Positions 8,081-18,356 of a DNA stretch of 64,000 nt are shown here, piece by piece. The stretch is taken from assembly GCA_041740355.1 (NCBI GenBank), contig JBGSMD010000038.1, positions 96,001-160,000 on the forward strand, given 5' to 3'. This DNA is from Bdellovibrionota bacterium. GTDB taxonomy: Bacteria; Bdellovibrionota_C; UBA2361; CALJRW01. Under the pieces are notes generated by a model. It saw nothing but the letters and a program-made list of their open reading frames with translations. It did no database searches and was not told where the DNA came from. A program made the position numbers and the translations under genes. Each line of letters opens with the position of its first letter. The stretch's first letter is position 1.

Positions 8081-10063
8081 TTAATAAGGATTTTCGTCAG
8101 CTTTTGTTAAGGTTTTTCCGTCAAAATAATAAATTTGCCGCCCGAAGTATTTATTAATTAAGAGTTGGTTTTGATCTCGTAGGTCAATTGCTACAATTAA
8201 ATTTGAATCTTGGGTAATAATTGGATCGTTAAGTAAAAAGTGAGAAGCATAAATCGTAAACTCTCCTTGGAGATCATATTGAATTTCATCTTGACATTGA
8301 TTGCTGATATTCGGAGGAGAATAAAACTTGGAGGAGGTGTCTCGATTGAGGGCAAGTTTAACAATAGGTATCTTTAGTTTTAGTTGATCGACAATTAATT
8401 TTTCAAGCAATAGTGTTGGGTGGTTTGCTTTGCTAATTTCATCTAGAAAACACAAATCTAGTTTTTCATATGCTTTTTGGCTGAGTGCAGCACTTATGCC
8501 AGCGCCTCTTAAGCGAGATAATGCTCGTGCGCCCCAACTAACTTTGATAAAAACTATCTTTTTTTGTTCCGATTCGTTTTTTAGTTTGTCCAATAAATTC
8601 ACTTTGAATGAGGACTGACCATAGGCATAAATCCCTAGGCGATGCGGTAGTCCATAGGTGACATAATAAGAGAGGAGTATAAAAAATATAGATTTAATTA
8701 TTAACGATCCCGGCAAATACCCAAAGTTTAGGTTTTGAAATTTATTATAGATTGTTATAATTGCTTTTGCTGATAATGGAATGAATATAATTAACAGCGA
8801 GAACAAAAAACGACTACCTAAGTAGAAGTCGGTATGCCAATAAAAAACATGTCCTGTTATATAAAAAATTGGGACTGATAGCAGGATTAATTCTTCTCTA
8901 GAAAACTTCTGATTAATAATTAAGTATATTGCTAATGGCAGAGTTGCTGGAATCAGGCTTTCAAAGGTGTAGAGATTACTAAATGTTAAGTTTAGTAACT
9001 GATTAATTAATCCTCTAGTTAATGTGAAATCCCTTCCCCAAGGGGTTTCATGAAAACCAAAGCCATGGAGTACTCCCCATGTTTTGATATAACCAGAGAG
9101 GAAGGGGTCGCCTGTAGAATGTAAATTGTAGGTTGCCCAAATAGAACTTATCGCTCCAAAAATTAGGACGGCAAAAAATGTTAATTTATAATCTTTATTT
9201 CTGACGATTTTGAGGATCGTGGGCAGTGCAAAAGCTAGGCTGTAAAGAAATGCTGAGAATGGCCGAGTAATAAATGCCCAAGCACAGAAGAGGCTAGCTA
9301 GTGGCAAGTTATAGGAACTAATATCTTTAAGATATCGAAGGATATAAAAAGTAAAACCACTCAGTCCAAAGATTGCTGTTGAATGGTTCATATAGCTCGA
9401 CATCATCACCAAGAAAAAAGGACAGACGATTAGTAATAATAAACTGACTCGAGCGACTAGTTGATTGTAAATGAGTTTACTAGTTGCATATATAAAATAT
9501 GAAGTAGCAATTACGAGAAAAAGCTGCACCAGCCATTTGAACCCTAGTAAATAATTGAAGCTTAAGAATAAGGCATGGCCAGGAGGATATTGGCTAGACC
9601 AATTGCCATTGTGATAAACATAATTTTGATTTACGAAGAACCCCAGATAGTCTTGATACTCACCAGTGAATAATCCTGCGGCAAAAATTTTACTTTGAAA
9701 CGTTTGAGTCAGCTCATCAACCATGTGTGGTCGAAAATGAAAACAATATCGTGCAATTAAAAAAGTTTTTAATCCAATCAGTGCAAGGCAAATTGCTAAA
9801 AAATATCTCTCATCAATGCTCCAAAACTTTGTTATTATTTTCTCGCAGAGAAGAAGTGCTCTAGTTTTATTGAGTAGTATGCTTAAAACTAGAGCCAGTG
9901 AAATACAGATTATCATTGATAGCAACCAAATACTTGGCGGTAGGTATTCCGCGGTTGTAATATTGGGGTGTTCCAGAAATAGTATTTGGAATTTATCTAG
10001 TGGAATTAAAGGCAAGAAAAAAAGCAGTATTCCAACTAGGGCTAGGATTATGTTTGGTCGCAT
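8081..10063 (-). CDS. Polytopic GT-C fold glycosyltransferase (ArnT/PMT-like)
   Basis: Many TM segments; DE motif (PHMVDE) after the N-terminal helices; SQYPPG; soluble C-terminal domain. Confidence 0.75.
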   Translation of the reverse strand: MRPNIILALVGILLFFLPLIPLDKFQILFLEHPNITTAEYLPPSIWLLSMIICISLALVLSILLNKTRALLLCEKIITKFWSIDERYFLAICLALIGLKTFLIARYCFHFRPHMVDELTQTFQSKIFAAGLFTGEYQDYLGFFVNQNYVYHNGNWSSQYPPGHALFLSFNYLLGFKWLVQLFLVIATSYFIYATSKLIYNQLVARVSLLLLIVCPFFLVMMSSYMNHSTAIFGLSGFTFYILRYLKDISSYNLPLASLFCAWAFITRPFSAFLYSLAFALPTILKIVRNKDYKLTFFAVLIFGAISSIWATYNLHSTGDPFLSGYIKTWGVLHGFGFHETPWGRDFTLTRGLINQLLNLTFSNLYTFESLIPATLPLAIYLIINQKFSREELILLSVPIFYITGHVFYWHTDFYLGSRFLFSLLIIFIPLSAKAIITIYNKFQNLNFGYLPGSLIIKSIFFILLSYYVTYGLPHRLGIYAYGQSSFKVNLLDKLKNESEQKKIVFIKVSWGARALSRLRGAGISAALSQKAYEKLDLCFLDEISKANHPTLLLEKLIVDQLKLKIPIVKLALNRDTSSKFYSPPNISNQCQDEIQYDLQGEFTIYASHFLLNDPIITQDSNLIVAIDLRDQNQLLINKYFGRQIYYFDGKTLTKADENPY

Positions 10064-10303
10064 TGCTTATTAACTTACAAGGTAATCTTAGAGAGTATCC
10101 CAGCCAATTTCCATTAAGGAATCATTTTTTGGGACTAGGCTTAACATAAACTTCGCGATCGTAATGGACAATAGTATAGTTCTGCTCATCAAAGTTGTTA
10201 TATTTTTCAAGAACGATTGATGCTTCGGCATTATTCATCCACATTACTGATGAATTATGGAGGCTAGATTGATAACCATTGCTCTTTTAGTCATACCCTG
10301 CTA

Positions 10304-10318
10304 TTTCTATAATATTTC
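10304..10318 (+). promoter_or_regulatory. -10 box (TATAAT) flanked by a TTTC-N7-TTTC direct repeat upstream of umuD
   Basis: TTTC-TATAATA-TTTC, part of the tandem repeat TATTTCTATA x2 (10302-10322). Confidence 0.4.
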
Positions 10319-10332
10319 TATATCTAATTTAA

Positions 10333-10773
10333 ATGGAAATAGCTGATAGTCGATCTCTTGGTAGTTATCTTATTCCTTTTGTCGGAAGCACTGTCTCCGC
10401 GGGATTTCCTTCTCCCGCTGATGATTACTTAGAGCCTGCCTTGGATCTTAATCAGTATTTAATCAAAAATCCAGAAGCTAGTTTTTTAGTGCGAGTGAGT
10501 GGAGATTCCATGATTCAGGTGGGGATTTTTGCGGGAGATGTTTTGATTGTAGATCGTTCTCTTGTGGCAAGTTCTGGTGATACCGTAATTGCTGTTTTTA
10601 ATCGTGAATTTTTAGTGAAGAAATTTTTATCTGTTAGTGGAAAAATTATTTTACGATCCGCAAATCCAAAATATTTAGATTTAGTAATTGAAGTAAACTC
10701 AGAATTAAGTGATCTTGACTTTGAGATTTGGGGAGTAGTTACTTACTGCTTACATTCCTTAAGGAAAAGCTAA
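10333..10773 (+). CDS. umuD: DNA polymerase V autoproteolytic subunit (S24 peptidase)
   Basis: [12 protein letters not shown] cleavage site, GDSM catalytic Ser, VKK catalytic Lys, WGVV. Confidence 0.93.
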   Translation: MEIADSRSLGSYLIPFVGSTVSAGFPSPADDYLEPALDLNQYLIKNPEASFLVRVSGDSMIQVGIFAGDVLIVDRSLVASSGDTVIAVFNREFLVKKFLSVSGKIILRSANPKYLDLVIEVNSELSDLDFEIWGVVTYCLHSLRKS

Positions 10774-10775
10774 GA

Positions 10776-12053
10776 ATGTCCTCATTTTATTTTTTAGTTG
10801 ATTGTAATAACTTTTACGCCTCTTGTGAGCGAGTATTTAATCCACAATTAATAGGTCGTCCGATTGTTGTTTTATCCAATAATGATGGTTGTGTGGTGGC
10901 ACGTTCTAACGAAGCGAAAGCTCTGGGGATCCCAATGGGAGTCCCAATTTACCAAGTGCGAGATATTGTTGACAGGCACCAAGTAAAAGTTTGTTCTTCT
11001 AATTATACGCTCTATGGAGAACTCTCTCGTCGGGTGATGGCAATCCTAAAGCAGCATGCTGAGAGTATCGAAATCTATTCGATTGACGAAGCCTTTCTAG
11101 AATTTAGTCAGGGGGTGAGTGCTGAGCGAGACTGGGAAAGTTTGGCAATCCGGATCAGGGAGGCGGTAAAAAAATCCTTAGGTATTCCTGTGTCTATTGG
11201 AATGGCAGAAACTAAAACGCTAGCTAAGCTAGCTAATAATGCGGTTAAGAAAAAACAGCTGCCCGAAGGTTTTTGTTTATTAGATCGACCCAGTAAAATT
11301 GAGGAATTGCTTAAGCAAATGGCGGTGCAGGATGTCTGGGGAATTGGACGTCGCTGGTCAAAACATTTACAGAGCTACGGGATTGATACTGCCTGGCAGT
11401 TGCGCGTTGCCCCCCCGAAATTAATGCGACAAAAATTTAATGTTTTTCTTTCGCGGACTCAGTTGGAATTACAAGGGGTAAGATGTTTGCATTTAGAGCA
11501 CTTTGTCCCGCCACGCAAATCTATTGCAGTGACTCGTTCTTTTGGAAGGAAAATTAAAAATCTGGCAGAGTTAGAGCAGGCGGTTGCTTCTTATCTTAGT
11601 CGATTGAGTGAGAAGCTTCGGCTCCACCGTTTGAAGGCTAGAAAATTTATTCTATTTATTCGGACCAATCCATTTTCTAAGACTGATGATTTTTATGCCC
11701 AATCAATAGTTTGCAGCATGCCAGATTACACGAGTAATACTGCAGATTTGATCTTAGCGGGAATGCAAGGACTTCGGGAGATTTATTTATCGCAGTTCTT
11801 CTACAATAAGGCGGGAGTTGTCGCCGTAGATTTAAGGGGAGAGGACGCCCATCAAGGAAAATTATTTGCGGGTTTGATTGAAAGCAAAGAAGAGGCCAGT
11901 TTAATGAAAGCAGTAGATCTATTAAATCGTAAGTATGGCAAGAATTCGATTCATTATGCCATTACTGGGACAAACCAAGGTTGGTCGATGCTATCTAATC
12001 AAAGATCTCCTAACTATTTAGGTTCCTGGGAGGAATTATTATTAGTTAGGTAA
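10776..12053 (+). CDS. umuC: Y-family DNA polymerase V catalytic subunit
   Basis: [34 protein letters not shown]-terminal W.M....RSP.Y; ATG at 10776 preferred over the upstream TTG. Confidence 0.94.
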   Translation: MSSFYFLVDCNNFYASCERVFNPQLIGRPIVVLSNNDGCVVARSNEAKALGIPMGVPIYQVRDIVDRHQVKVCSSNYTLYGELSRRVMAILKQHAESIEIYSIDEAFLEFSQGVSAERDWESLAIRIREAVKKSLGIPVSIGMAETKTLAKLANNAVKKKQLPEGFCLLDRPSKIEELLKQMAVQDVWGIGRRWSKHLQSYGIDTAWQLRVAPPKLMRQKFNVFLSRTQLELQGVRCLHLEHFVPPRKSIAVTRSFGRKIKNLAELEQAVASYLSRLSEKLRLHRLKARKFILFIRTNPFSKTDDFYAQSIVCSMPDYTSNTADLILAGMQGLREIYLSQFFYNKAGVVAVDLRGEDAHQGKLFAGLIESKEEASLMKAVDLLNRKYGKNSIHYAITGTNQGWSMLSNQRSPNYLGSWEELLLVR

Positions 12054-12073
12054 CAACCGGTTATTTTTTGGAC

Positions 12074-12450
12074 TCTCTCTCGAACAGGAAGTGCTTGAAG
12101 TCACCAAGGCGGAGACGGATGCTATAATAAAACCGATTAGAATTCACTGAACGGCAAAGAATAAAGCTTCCACCATCGCAAAAACTTCGGAGGATAAGTG
12201 CTACTTTTTCCGAATATACTAAAACCCATTAAGAATTACCGAACTGCTTTGTAAAATGCAGAATGCATTTTCAGTTTATTAGGGTTTCAGGATACTTGTC
12301 TTCTCCAGTTATTATCCTTATTTTATAAAGATAATAACCTTTGCGACCCCCTTAGATCGCAGCAAGCACTTCATGCTGGATAAACTAGGTAATTAAAAAT
12401 GAAGCAGTGATTTTCAATGTCACCTAGTATATTTGAAGAGTCGAGAGAGA
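12074..12450. ncRNA. Candidate ~375-nt structured RNA or nested-palindrome element, family not recognised
   Basis: Nested perfect stems 12074-83/12441-50 and 12088-97/12363-72, plus internal stems; no ORF. Confidence 0.45.
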
Positions 12451-12503
12451 TGCTCTTTGGTGTACTTAGTAGTAATTAATCACTATCAAAGAAATGCCAA
12501 ACC

Positions 12504-13463
12504 ATGTTAATTAGAATAATAATGATTAATTATGACAAACAAATTATTGTAGTAACGGGAGGGGCTGGTTTTATCGGCACAGCACTAGTAAATCGTTTAA
12601 GCGCATTACAAGCTAAAGAGATTAGAGTTATTGATTGTAATTATTATCAGCAAGAAAATACAAATTATAATCAAAATGTTAAGATTTTCAATTTAGATCT
12701 AGCTAAATGTTCGCAAGAACAAATAGATCAAGTTTGTGTTGGTGCGGATATTATTTATCACTTGGCCGCGCAAAAGCACAATCAAAATAAAGATGATCAA
12801 CAATATATGTATTCTACCAACGTAGATGGTACAAATAAATTACTACAATCTGCTAAGAAAAATGAAATCAAAAATTTTATTTTTGCATCTTCATTATACG
12901 CCTATGGTCGGAGTACTAAACCTGCATTAGCAGAGGATGAAAATATTATTCCAACAACTTTCTATGGAACAACAAAGTTAATTGGGGAGCTGTTGTGTCG
13001 TTCTTGTTCACAGGAGGCCAATGTTAAGTGTTCTGTGTTAAGGCTCTTCTTTGTTTATGGACCAGGGCAACTGAGTAAAATTGGATATGAGTCATTAATG
13101 GTGAAAAGTTTATCAAGATTACAAAAAAAACTTGAACCAATTATTTATGGAGATGGTAAGCAAGTTTTAGATTATATTTACATTGAAGATGTAATTAACG
13201 CGTTATTGCTCTGTCAGACTCAAAGTACAGATTTCGAATTATTTAACATTGGTAGTGGCTCTCCCATTTCCGTCCTGGAAATAACAAATAAATTATTATT
13301 AATAACCAAAAGCACGGCTCAGATAAAGTTTGAGCCACCAGACTTAACTGCAGGAACATATCGAGTTGCTAAGACGGAGAGAGCTTTAAAACATCTAAAT
13401 TTCATTGCCAAGACTACCTTGGATCAGGGACTTTTACATACTTACAAAGCTTTTAGCGCATGA
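12504..13463 (+). CDS. NAD-dependent nucleotide-sugar epimerase/dehydratase
   Basis: VTGGAGFIG, HLAA, YGTTK (YxxxK), VYGPGQ, IYGDGKQVLDYIYIEDV. Confidence 0.9.
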   Translation: MLIRIIMINYDKQIIVVTGGAGFIGTALVNRLSALQAKEIRVIDCNYYQQENTNYNQNVKIFNLDLAKCSQEQIDQVCVGADIIYHLAAQKHNQNKDDQQYMYSTNVDGTNKLLQSAKKNEIKNFIFASSLYAYGRSTKPALAEDENIIPTTFYGTTKLIGELLCRSCSQEANVKCSVLRLFFVYGPGQLSKIGYESLMVKSLSRLQKKLEPIIYGDGKQVLDYIYIEDVINALLLCQTQSTDFELFNIGSGSPISVLEITNKLLLITKSTAQIKFEPPDLTAGTYRVAKTERALKHLNFIAKTTLDQGLLHTYKAFSA

Positions 13464-15646
13464 TGATTGATTTATCTGTTATAATTCCTTGCTTTAATGA
13501 AGAAGATAATGTGCGAGCGATCTGTTGTGAGATTGAAGAAGTTTTTAAGAGATTAAAAATTTCTGGTGAAATAGTTTTTATCGACGATAAAAGTACGGAT
13601 CTAACACTCCCGATATTATTAGAGTTAGAAAAAGAGTTTAATTTTATTAGAGTAGTCGCTCAAGCCTCGAATCAAGGGATTGCCAGAGCTTGGTTGTCTG
13701 GGGCAACGTTAGCAAAAGGCAAACTTGTCTCCGTGATTGATGCTGATTTTCAATACTTACCACAAGATATTGCTAGATTGTATCGAGAATATAAGCGGAG
13801 CCATTTTGATATTATTCAAGGATACCGTAGTGCCGTTGGTCGAGTAAAAGATCTTAGGTACATCCAAAGTATTGTGCTGAATTTTATTCTTAATAAGTTA
13901 TTTAAGATGAAATTGACTGATAACAAGTCAGGCTTTTTTGTATGTAAAAAAAGTGTTTTAATCGATATACTAAGATCTTCTGATCGCTATCATTTCTATC
14001 AAACATTCATTATGGTGGTTGCTAATAGTAAGGGTTATAGCATTAAAGAGATTGAAATTCTTTTTCAAAACCGCAGAGCAGGTAAGTCTTTCCTAGCGAA
14101 TTTACCGATTTGGACAATTTTTAGGGTCATTTATGAAATCCTAAAGGCAGTTGCGGAATTTAGATTATCCAAGCATCGGCGCACACAGATTGCCGATATC
14201 CTTGATCGCAAAAAAATAAGTTATCAATCAAGCAAGTTAAGAGGTTGGCGAAGAGTTCTTTGGCAGATTCATACTATTGCTTGGCCTTTGCATAGTTGGT
14301 CAATCTCTAGAAGTGCCATTAAATATTACTATGAATTAGAGCAGTCACAGTATTTTTCTAAGCAAGAGATTCGGGAAGTTCAGGACAAAAAACTTGCTGA
14401 TATTATTCAGCATGCTTATCAACATGTAGATTATTATCGGGACTTATTCGACCAACATGGAATTCTCCCCGAAGAGATTAAGACAGTAGCAGATTTAGCA
14501 AAACTGCCATTGTTAACAAAAAATGACATTCGTCAAAATGTTCATTTTGGTTTGTTATCTGATAATCATAATAAGAGTAAAGTCAGGAAAATTAATACTA
14601 GTGGTTCTACCGGCGAGCCGATGACTATCTATGTCGATGATTTTCAGTTGGAAATGCGTTGGGCAGCCTCACTCCGATCAGCGATCTGGACTGGGTGGCA
14701 ATTTGGTGACAAACAAGCAAGACTTTGGCATCAAAAAATTGGTATGACTAGATTACAGGTGTTTCGAGAGCATATTAACGCCTTGATTAATCGCCGTTTA
14801 TTTATTCCTGCGTATGAGTTATCAAATGAAAATCTACAGAAATGGATTCAGAAGTTGGAGGACTACCAGCCTGTATTAATTGATGGCTATGCCGAGTCTT
14901 TTAACTTTTTAGCCTATTATCAAAAAAATTGTGGGTTTGCTAGGTTAAAGCCTAAAGCTATTATTAGTTCTGCACAGGAACTCCCATTGGCAAGTCGAGA
15001 GATAATTGAACAGAATTTTGGTTGCCGAGTTTATGATAAATATGGCAGTAGAGAATTCTCGGGAATTGCGTATGAAGCCGATGTTCCAGGAGAACATGTT
15101 GTCGTCTCTGAAAATTACATTGTTGAAATTGTTGACATGAATGGTCAGCCTGTTCTGCCAGGAGGAGTTGGGGAGATTCTAATTACAGATTTAAATAATC
15201 GCTGCATGCCGCTTATTCGATATCGGATTGGAGATTTGGCTAGGGCTGTTGATAATGACAAAGAATTTGGCACCTATCCCGGGTTGATGCGACTTGGTAG
15301 CATTGAAGGCAGAACTCAAGCAATTATAGTAGCTGGTAATGGAAGATATCTTCCCGGTACATTTTTTGCCCATTTCTTTAAAGATTACGATCATATCATT
15401 ACACATTATCAGATTATTCAAGAAAAAATCGGAGAAATTAATCTTAATCTAGTTAAGGGGATTCATTTTACCGATAAGCTTTTTCAAGATGTTTTTGGTC
15501 AGCTTAAAGTTCATTTGGGGGAAGAGTCTGTGATTAACGTAGAGTTTGTTGAACATATTCCAATGGGTAAAACTGGTAAGCGACAGGGATCTATTAGTCG
15601 TTTGAATTTTGATGATATTAAACAAAATTTGAAGATCGAGTTGTAG
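13460..15646 (+). CDS. Fusion: GT2 (DPM1/ArnC-like) glycosyltransferase + phenylacetate-CoA ligase/CapK-like adenylating domain
   Basis: SVIIPCFNEE, IDDKSTD, IDADFQY, RRAGKS in the first ~235 aa; TSGSTGEP, YGSRE, PLIRYRIGD, IEGR, TGK in the remainder. Confidence 0.85.
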   Translation: MMIDLSVIIPCFNEEDNVRAICCEIEEVFKRLKISGEIVFIDDKSTDLTLPILLELEKEFNFIRVVAQASNQGIARAWLSGATLAKGKLVSVIDADFQYLPQDIARLYREYKRSHFDIIQGYRSAVGRVKDLRYIQSIVLNFILNKLFKMKLTDNKSGFFVCKKSVLIDILRSSDRYHFYQTFIMVVANSKGYSIKEIEILFQNRRAGKSFLANLPIWTIFRVIYEILKAVAEFRLSKHRRTQIADILDRKKISYQSSKLRGWRRVLWQIHTIAWPLHSWSISRSAIKYYYELEQSQYFSKQEIREVQDKKLADIIQHAYQHVDYYRDLFDQHGILPEEIKTVADLAKLPLLTKNDIRQNVHFGLLSDNHNKSKVRKINTSGSTGEPMTIYVDDFQLEMRWAASLRSAIWTGWQFGDKQARLWHQKIGMTRLQVFREHINALINRRLFIPAYELSNENLQKWIQKLEDYQPVLIDGYAESFNFLAYYQKNCGFARLKPKAIISSAQELPLASREIIEQNFGCRVYDKYGSREFSGIAYEADVPGEHVVVSENYIVEIVDMNGQPVLPGGVGEILITDLNNRCMPLIRYRIGDLARAVDNDKEFGTYPGLMRLGSIEGRTQAIIVAGNGRYLPGTFFAHFFKDYDHIITHYQIIQEKIGEINLNLVKGIHFTDKLFQDVFGQLKVHLGEESVINVEFVEHIPMGKTGKRQGSISRLNFDDIKQNLKIEL

Positions 15647-15750
15647 AATTAAGCACCTCCGAAGCAATTATGAAGTCGCCCCGTAACAATCAGATTGTAG
15701 GTTTCAAAATTCAGGTTTAAAAGCAGGTTAATCGACCGAGCGCTCAAGGA

Positions 15751-17721
15751 TTGGGATTGCGATACATTTTGTCTTATTCTGTTCATATGAAAGTACTAAT
15801 TGATTTCAGATTATTATTGATAATTCTTATTTTCATCATAGCTCGGTTGATAAATATTGGTGGATTGGAGCCATTCACTGATGAAGCTGGTAATATCTTA
15901 ACCTCAATTGATTATCAGACAAATCAAAATATTGATCCCGTTGCTTTAGGTAGGCCACTGCTTAGTTATATCTTTAAATTATCAGCAATTAGTACCCAAA
16001 ATGCTTTGGAGATTGCTAGAGCTAGCACTAGCGTTATTAGCCTGTTCGGCTGTCTAGTTTTATATTTTATTGTTAGTTTGATTTCTGGTAGGAATGCTGC
16101 TTTGGTCACTTGTTTAGTTTGGGCCCTATCTACATATCATATCGCGCATGAAAGGTTAGCACTGCAAGATCCTTTTACAACATTTTTATTATTGTTATGT
16201 TGCATCACTTTAATGAAAACGGCATATCAAATGCAAGCTGTGCCAATAATTCGTAGCCGGCTTTTTCTTTATATTTTATTAGCAGGGATATTCTTTGGGC
16301 TTACACTACTTAATAAAGTAAGCTCCATAAGTGGTATCCTTTGGATACTGGCAATAAATTATCTTTATGCCAAAAAAATAGAACTAAAAATTAGTCTGAG
16401 TGATTTGATATATTTTTGTGGAATATTCTTATTGGGAAATATACTTACACTTGTAAGTACAGGAAGAGTTTTTGAGATAGGGAGTAAATTGCAGGGACAA
16501 CAATTTATTCCGACCATTTCTTATTTATTCAATACGCCAGAGCAGTTTTTAACCATTTATCTTAAAAATATTGGCAATATTAGCAATTTTTACTTCCAAT
16601 GGTTAATCGGCTACGGAGGTATTTTTGCGATCTTGCTACTGCTTTATGTTTTTTGTCTTGGAATCATTTGGGGAAGTTTAGTACAGAGGGTTTTGGTTGT
16701 AATTAGTATTAGCTATCTTTTTTTAAATGCCGCAATGTACAGTGATTTCATGTATGCCAGATATATTCATCATGAAAGTATCTTATCTTGCTTCCTGGTT
16801 GGAATTTGTTTTTCCTCGCTGAATAACGATCTGTGCAAAGTCCGAGTACAAGGTATATTAAAACTAATTTTTGTAACACTTTTCTTTTTATCACTTACAG
16901 AGAACTTAATCTCGAATTACTCGGTCATCAAGGATGCTAATTTAACTTGGATCCGAGAGAGATCATTAGATTATCGGCAGTATTCTGATCAATTTTGGAG
17001 TGGTTATAAATTAGATGTATTGGATCAAGAAATTCAAAAAGTAATTCTGGATAATCCCGACGCATATTTTTTGACTTCCACAGAGTTTGATTCTGTAGCC
17101 TACGGGCTGAAATTAAAATACCACGGTAGTCTAATGGCAAATAGGTTACTACCACTTCAAATCTATTCAACTACAACTGCGCCCGGGCTATCTTATTATC
17201 AACAGACATATCCAAAGGCTGATTTTTATCTAATATTATCCCTGCATAATGCTGCTAAGTTTATCGAACAGCAAGGGATGCATATTCTGGCTATCTGGCT
17301 TAAAGCTAGTCTTCAGGTAATAAATACAATTAGTAGAGCTACTGATAGTGGTAATCAGTTCGTAATCATGAGAATTGGAAAATCAAATTATCAACAAGCA
17401 GATAGTAAGCCACTTAAGATTAACGGGTTTCCTTATTTTGGCGGAAGCTCCGTCCTCATTACCTCAGAACTTCTTAAAGTATGTGAATTTCAAGATATAT
17501 CCATTCGAAGTATTGTCGGTGAGCAAAATGTTAAGACAAGGGGAGCTACCTCAAAATCCCTGATAATTAATTCTAGTTTAGTAAAACTCCAAGATTTAGA
17601 TTTGTCAGAGCAGGATTTGCCAATCAGCATTGATTCTTCAAAATGGCAATTGAATTTTATAAAAGGCGGCTATGGTGCTCAAGAGATTAGGTCTATTGAG
17701 TTTCAGTGCAGCTCAAATTAG
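15751..17721 (+). CDS. Polytopic GT-C fold glycosyltransferase (ArnT/PMT-like)
   Basis: PFTDEA after TM1, GRPL, HERLALQDP, many TMs; start may be ATG at 15787. Confidence 0.72.
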   Translation: MGLRYILSYSVHMKVLIDFRLLLIILIFIIARLINIGGLEPFTDEAGNILTSIDYQTNQNIDPVALGRPLLSYIFKLSAISTQNALEIARASTSVISLFGCLVLYFIVSLISGRNAALVTCLVWALSTYHIAHERLALQDPFTTFLLLLCCITLMKTAYQMQAVPIIRSRLFLYILLAGIFFGLTLLNKVSSISGILWILAINYLYAKKIELKISLSDLIYFCGIFLLGNILTLVSTGRVFEIGSKLQGQQFIPTISYLFNTPEQFLTIYLKNIGNISNFYFQWLIGYGGIFAILLLLYVFCLGIIWGSLVQRVLVVISISYLFLNAAMYSDFMYARYIHHESILSCFLVGICFSSLNNDLCKVRVQGILKLIFVTLFFLSLTENLISNYSVIKDANLTWIRERSLDYRQYSDQFWSGYKLDVLDQEIQKVILDNPDAYFLTSTEFDSVAYGLKLKYHGSLMANRLLPLQIYSTTTAPGLSYYQQTYPKADFYLILSLHNAAKFIEQQGMHILAIWLKASLQVINTISRATDSGNQFVIMRIGKSNYQQADSKPLKINGFPYFGGSSVLITSELLKVCEFQDISIRSIVGEQNVKTRGATSKSLIINSSLVKLQDLDLSEQDLPISIDSSKWQLNFIKGGYGAQEIRSIEFQCSSN

Positions 17722-17948
17722 CCGAATCGTATGCTTGCGACTAGCAGGTAACTTTAGAAGTAATATCGCTGAAGATTATCACCTAGAGATCTGCGGTAAT
17801 ACTACTTTAATAACCTGATATTATAGCTTTTCTCGCAAGTTTTTAACTTTTTGTCCCGTTTCGCTAACATGAATTATGGGTCAATAGCGTTGATTAAATA
17901 TTCTGAATCCATTTCATTCGGTAGTATTTAATTTGAGCATATGCTTAT

Positions 17949-17977
17949 TTGCATTATTTGTTTGATTTTGATAGATT
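17949..17977 (+). promoter_or_regulatory. Putative sigma70 promoter for secE-nusG
   Basis: TTGCAT-N17-TAGATT with a TG extension. Confidence 0.45.
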
Positions 17978-18077
17978 CTCGGCTCTCAAATTTAAAGTGG
18001 CGGTACTAACTGTTGTTGTTAATGGTTAACTATCGATAAGTATTTGATAATTTGTGAAATTTTGACTGGGGAAACTG

Positions 18078-18287
18078 GTGGCGACAAAAGCGAATACGAA
18101 TAAAAGCAAAATCAAACCCATTGAGTTTCTACAAGAAGCTCGAGTGGAGTTAAGTAAAGTTTCTAAACCAAATCGCGAGGAAACAATTCGGGCCACAGTC
18201 ATGGCATTAGCACTGATGGTGTTTTTTGCAGTGGTGCTAGCTTTGTTAGATGTGATTTTTCATCGCATCATGGCTACTTTGGTTTAA
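18078..18287 (+). CDS. secE: Preprotein translocase subunit SecE
   Basis: FLQEARVELSKVSKPNREET plus one TM; GTG start; upstream of nusG. Confidence 0.9.
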   Translation: MATKANTNKSKIKPIEFLQEARVELSKVSKPNREETIRATVMALALMVFFAVVLALLDVIFHRIMATLV

Positions 18288-18356
18288 TAGCAAGTTGGTT
18301 TAACAGCAAAATTAGTATAGTAGTAATTTAGTTTCACACTCTGGGTATTATAAAAA

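Noticed and set aside
10090-10280. Minus-strand coding remnant (..HNSSVMWMNN..KPSPKK)
   Set aside because: Short, broken and without an identifiable family; not supportable as a feature
12054-12460. tmRNA, RNase P, T-box or group I intron identity for the structured element
   Set aside because: TCCACCA has no T-arm before it; GAGGAAAGTCC and AACCCGGCTTA are absent; no T-box GGTGGnACC; GAGAGAGTCC has no matching R element or host gene
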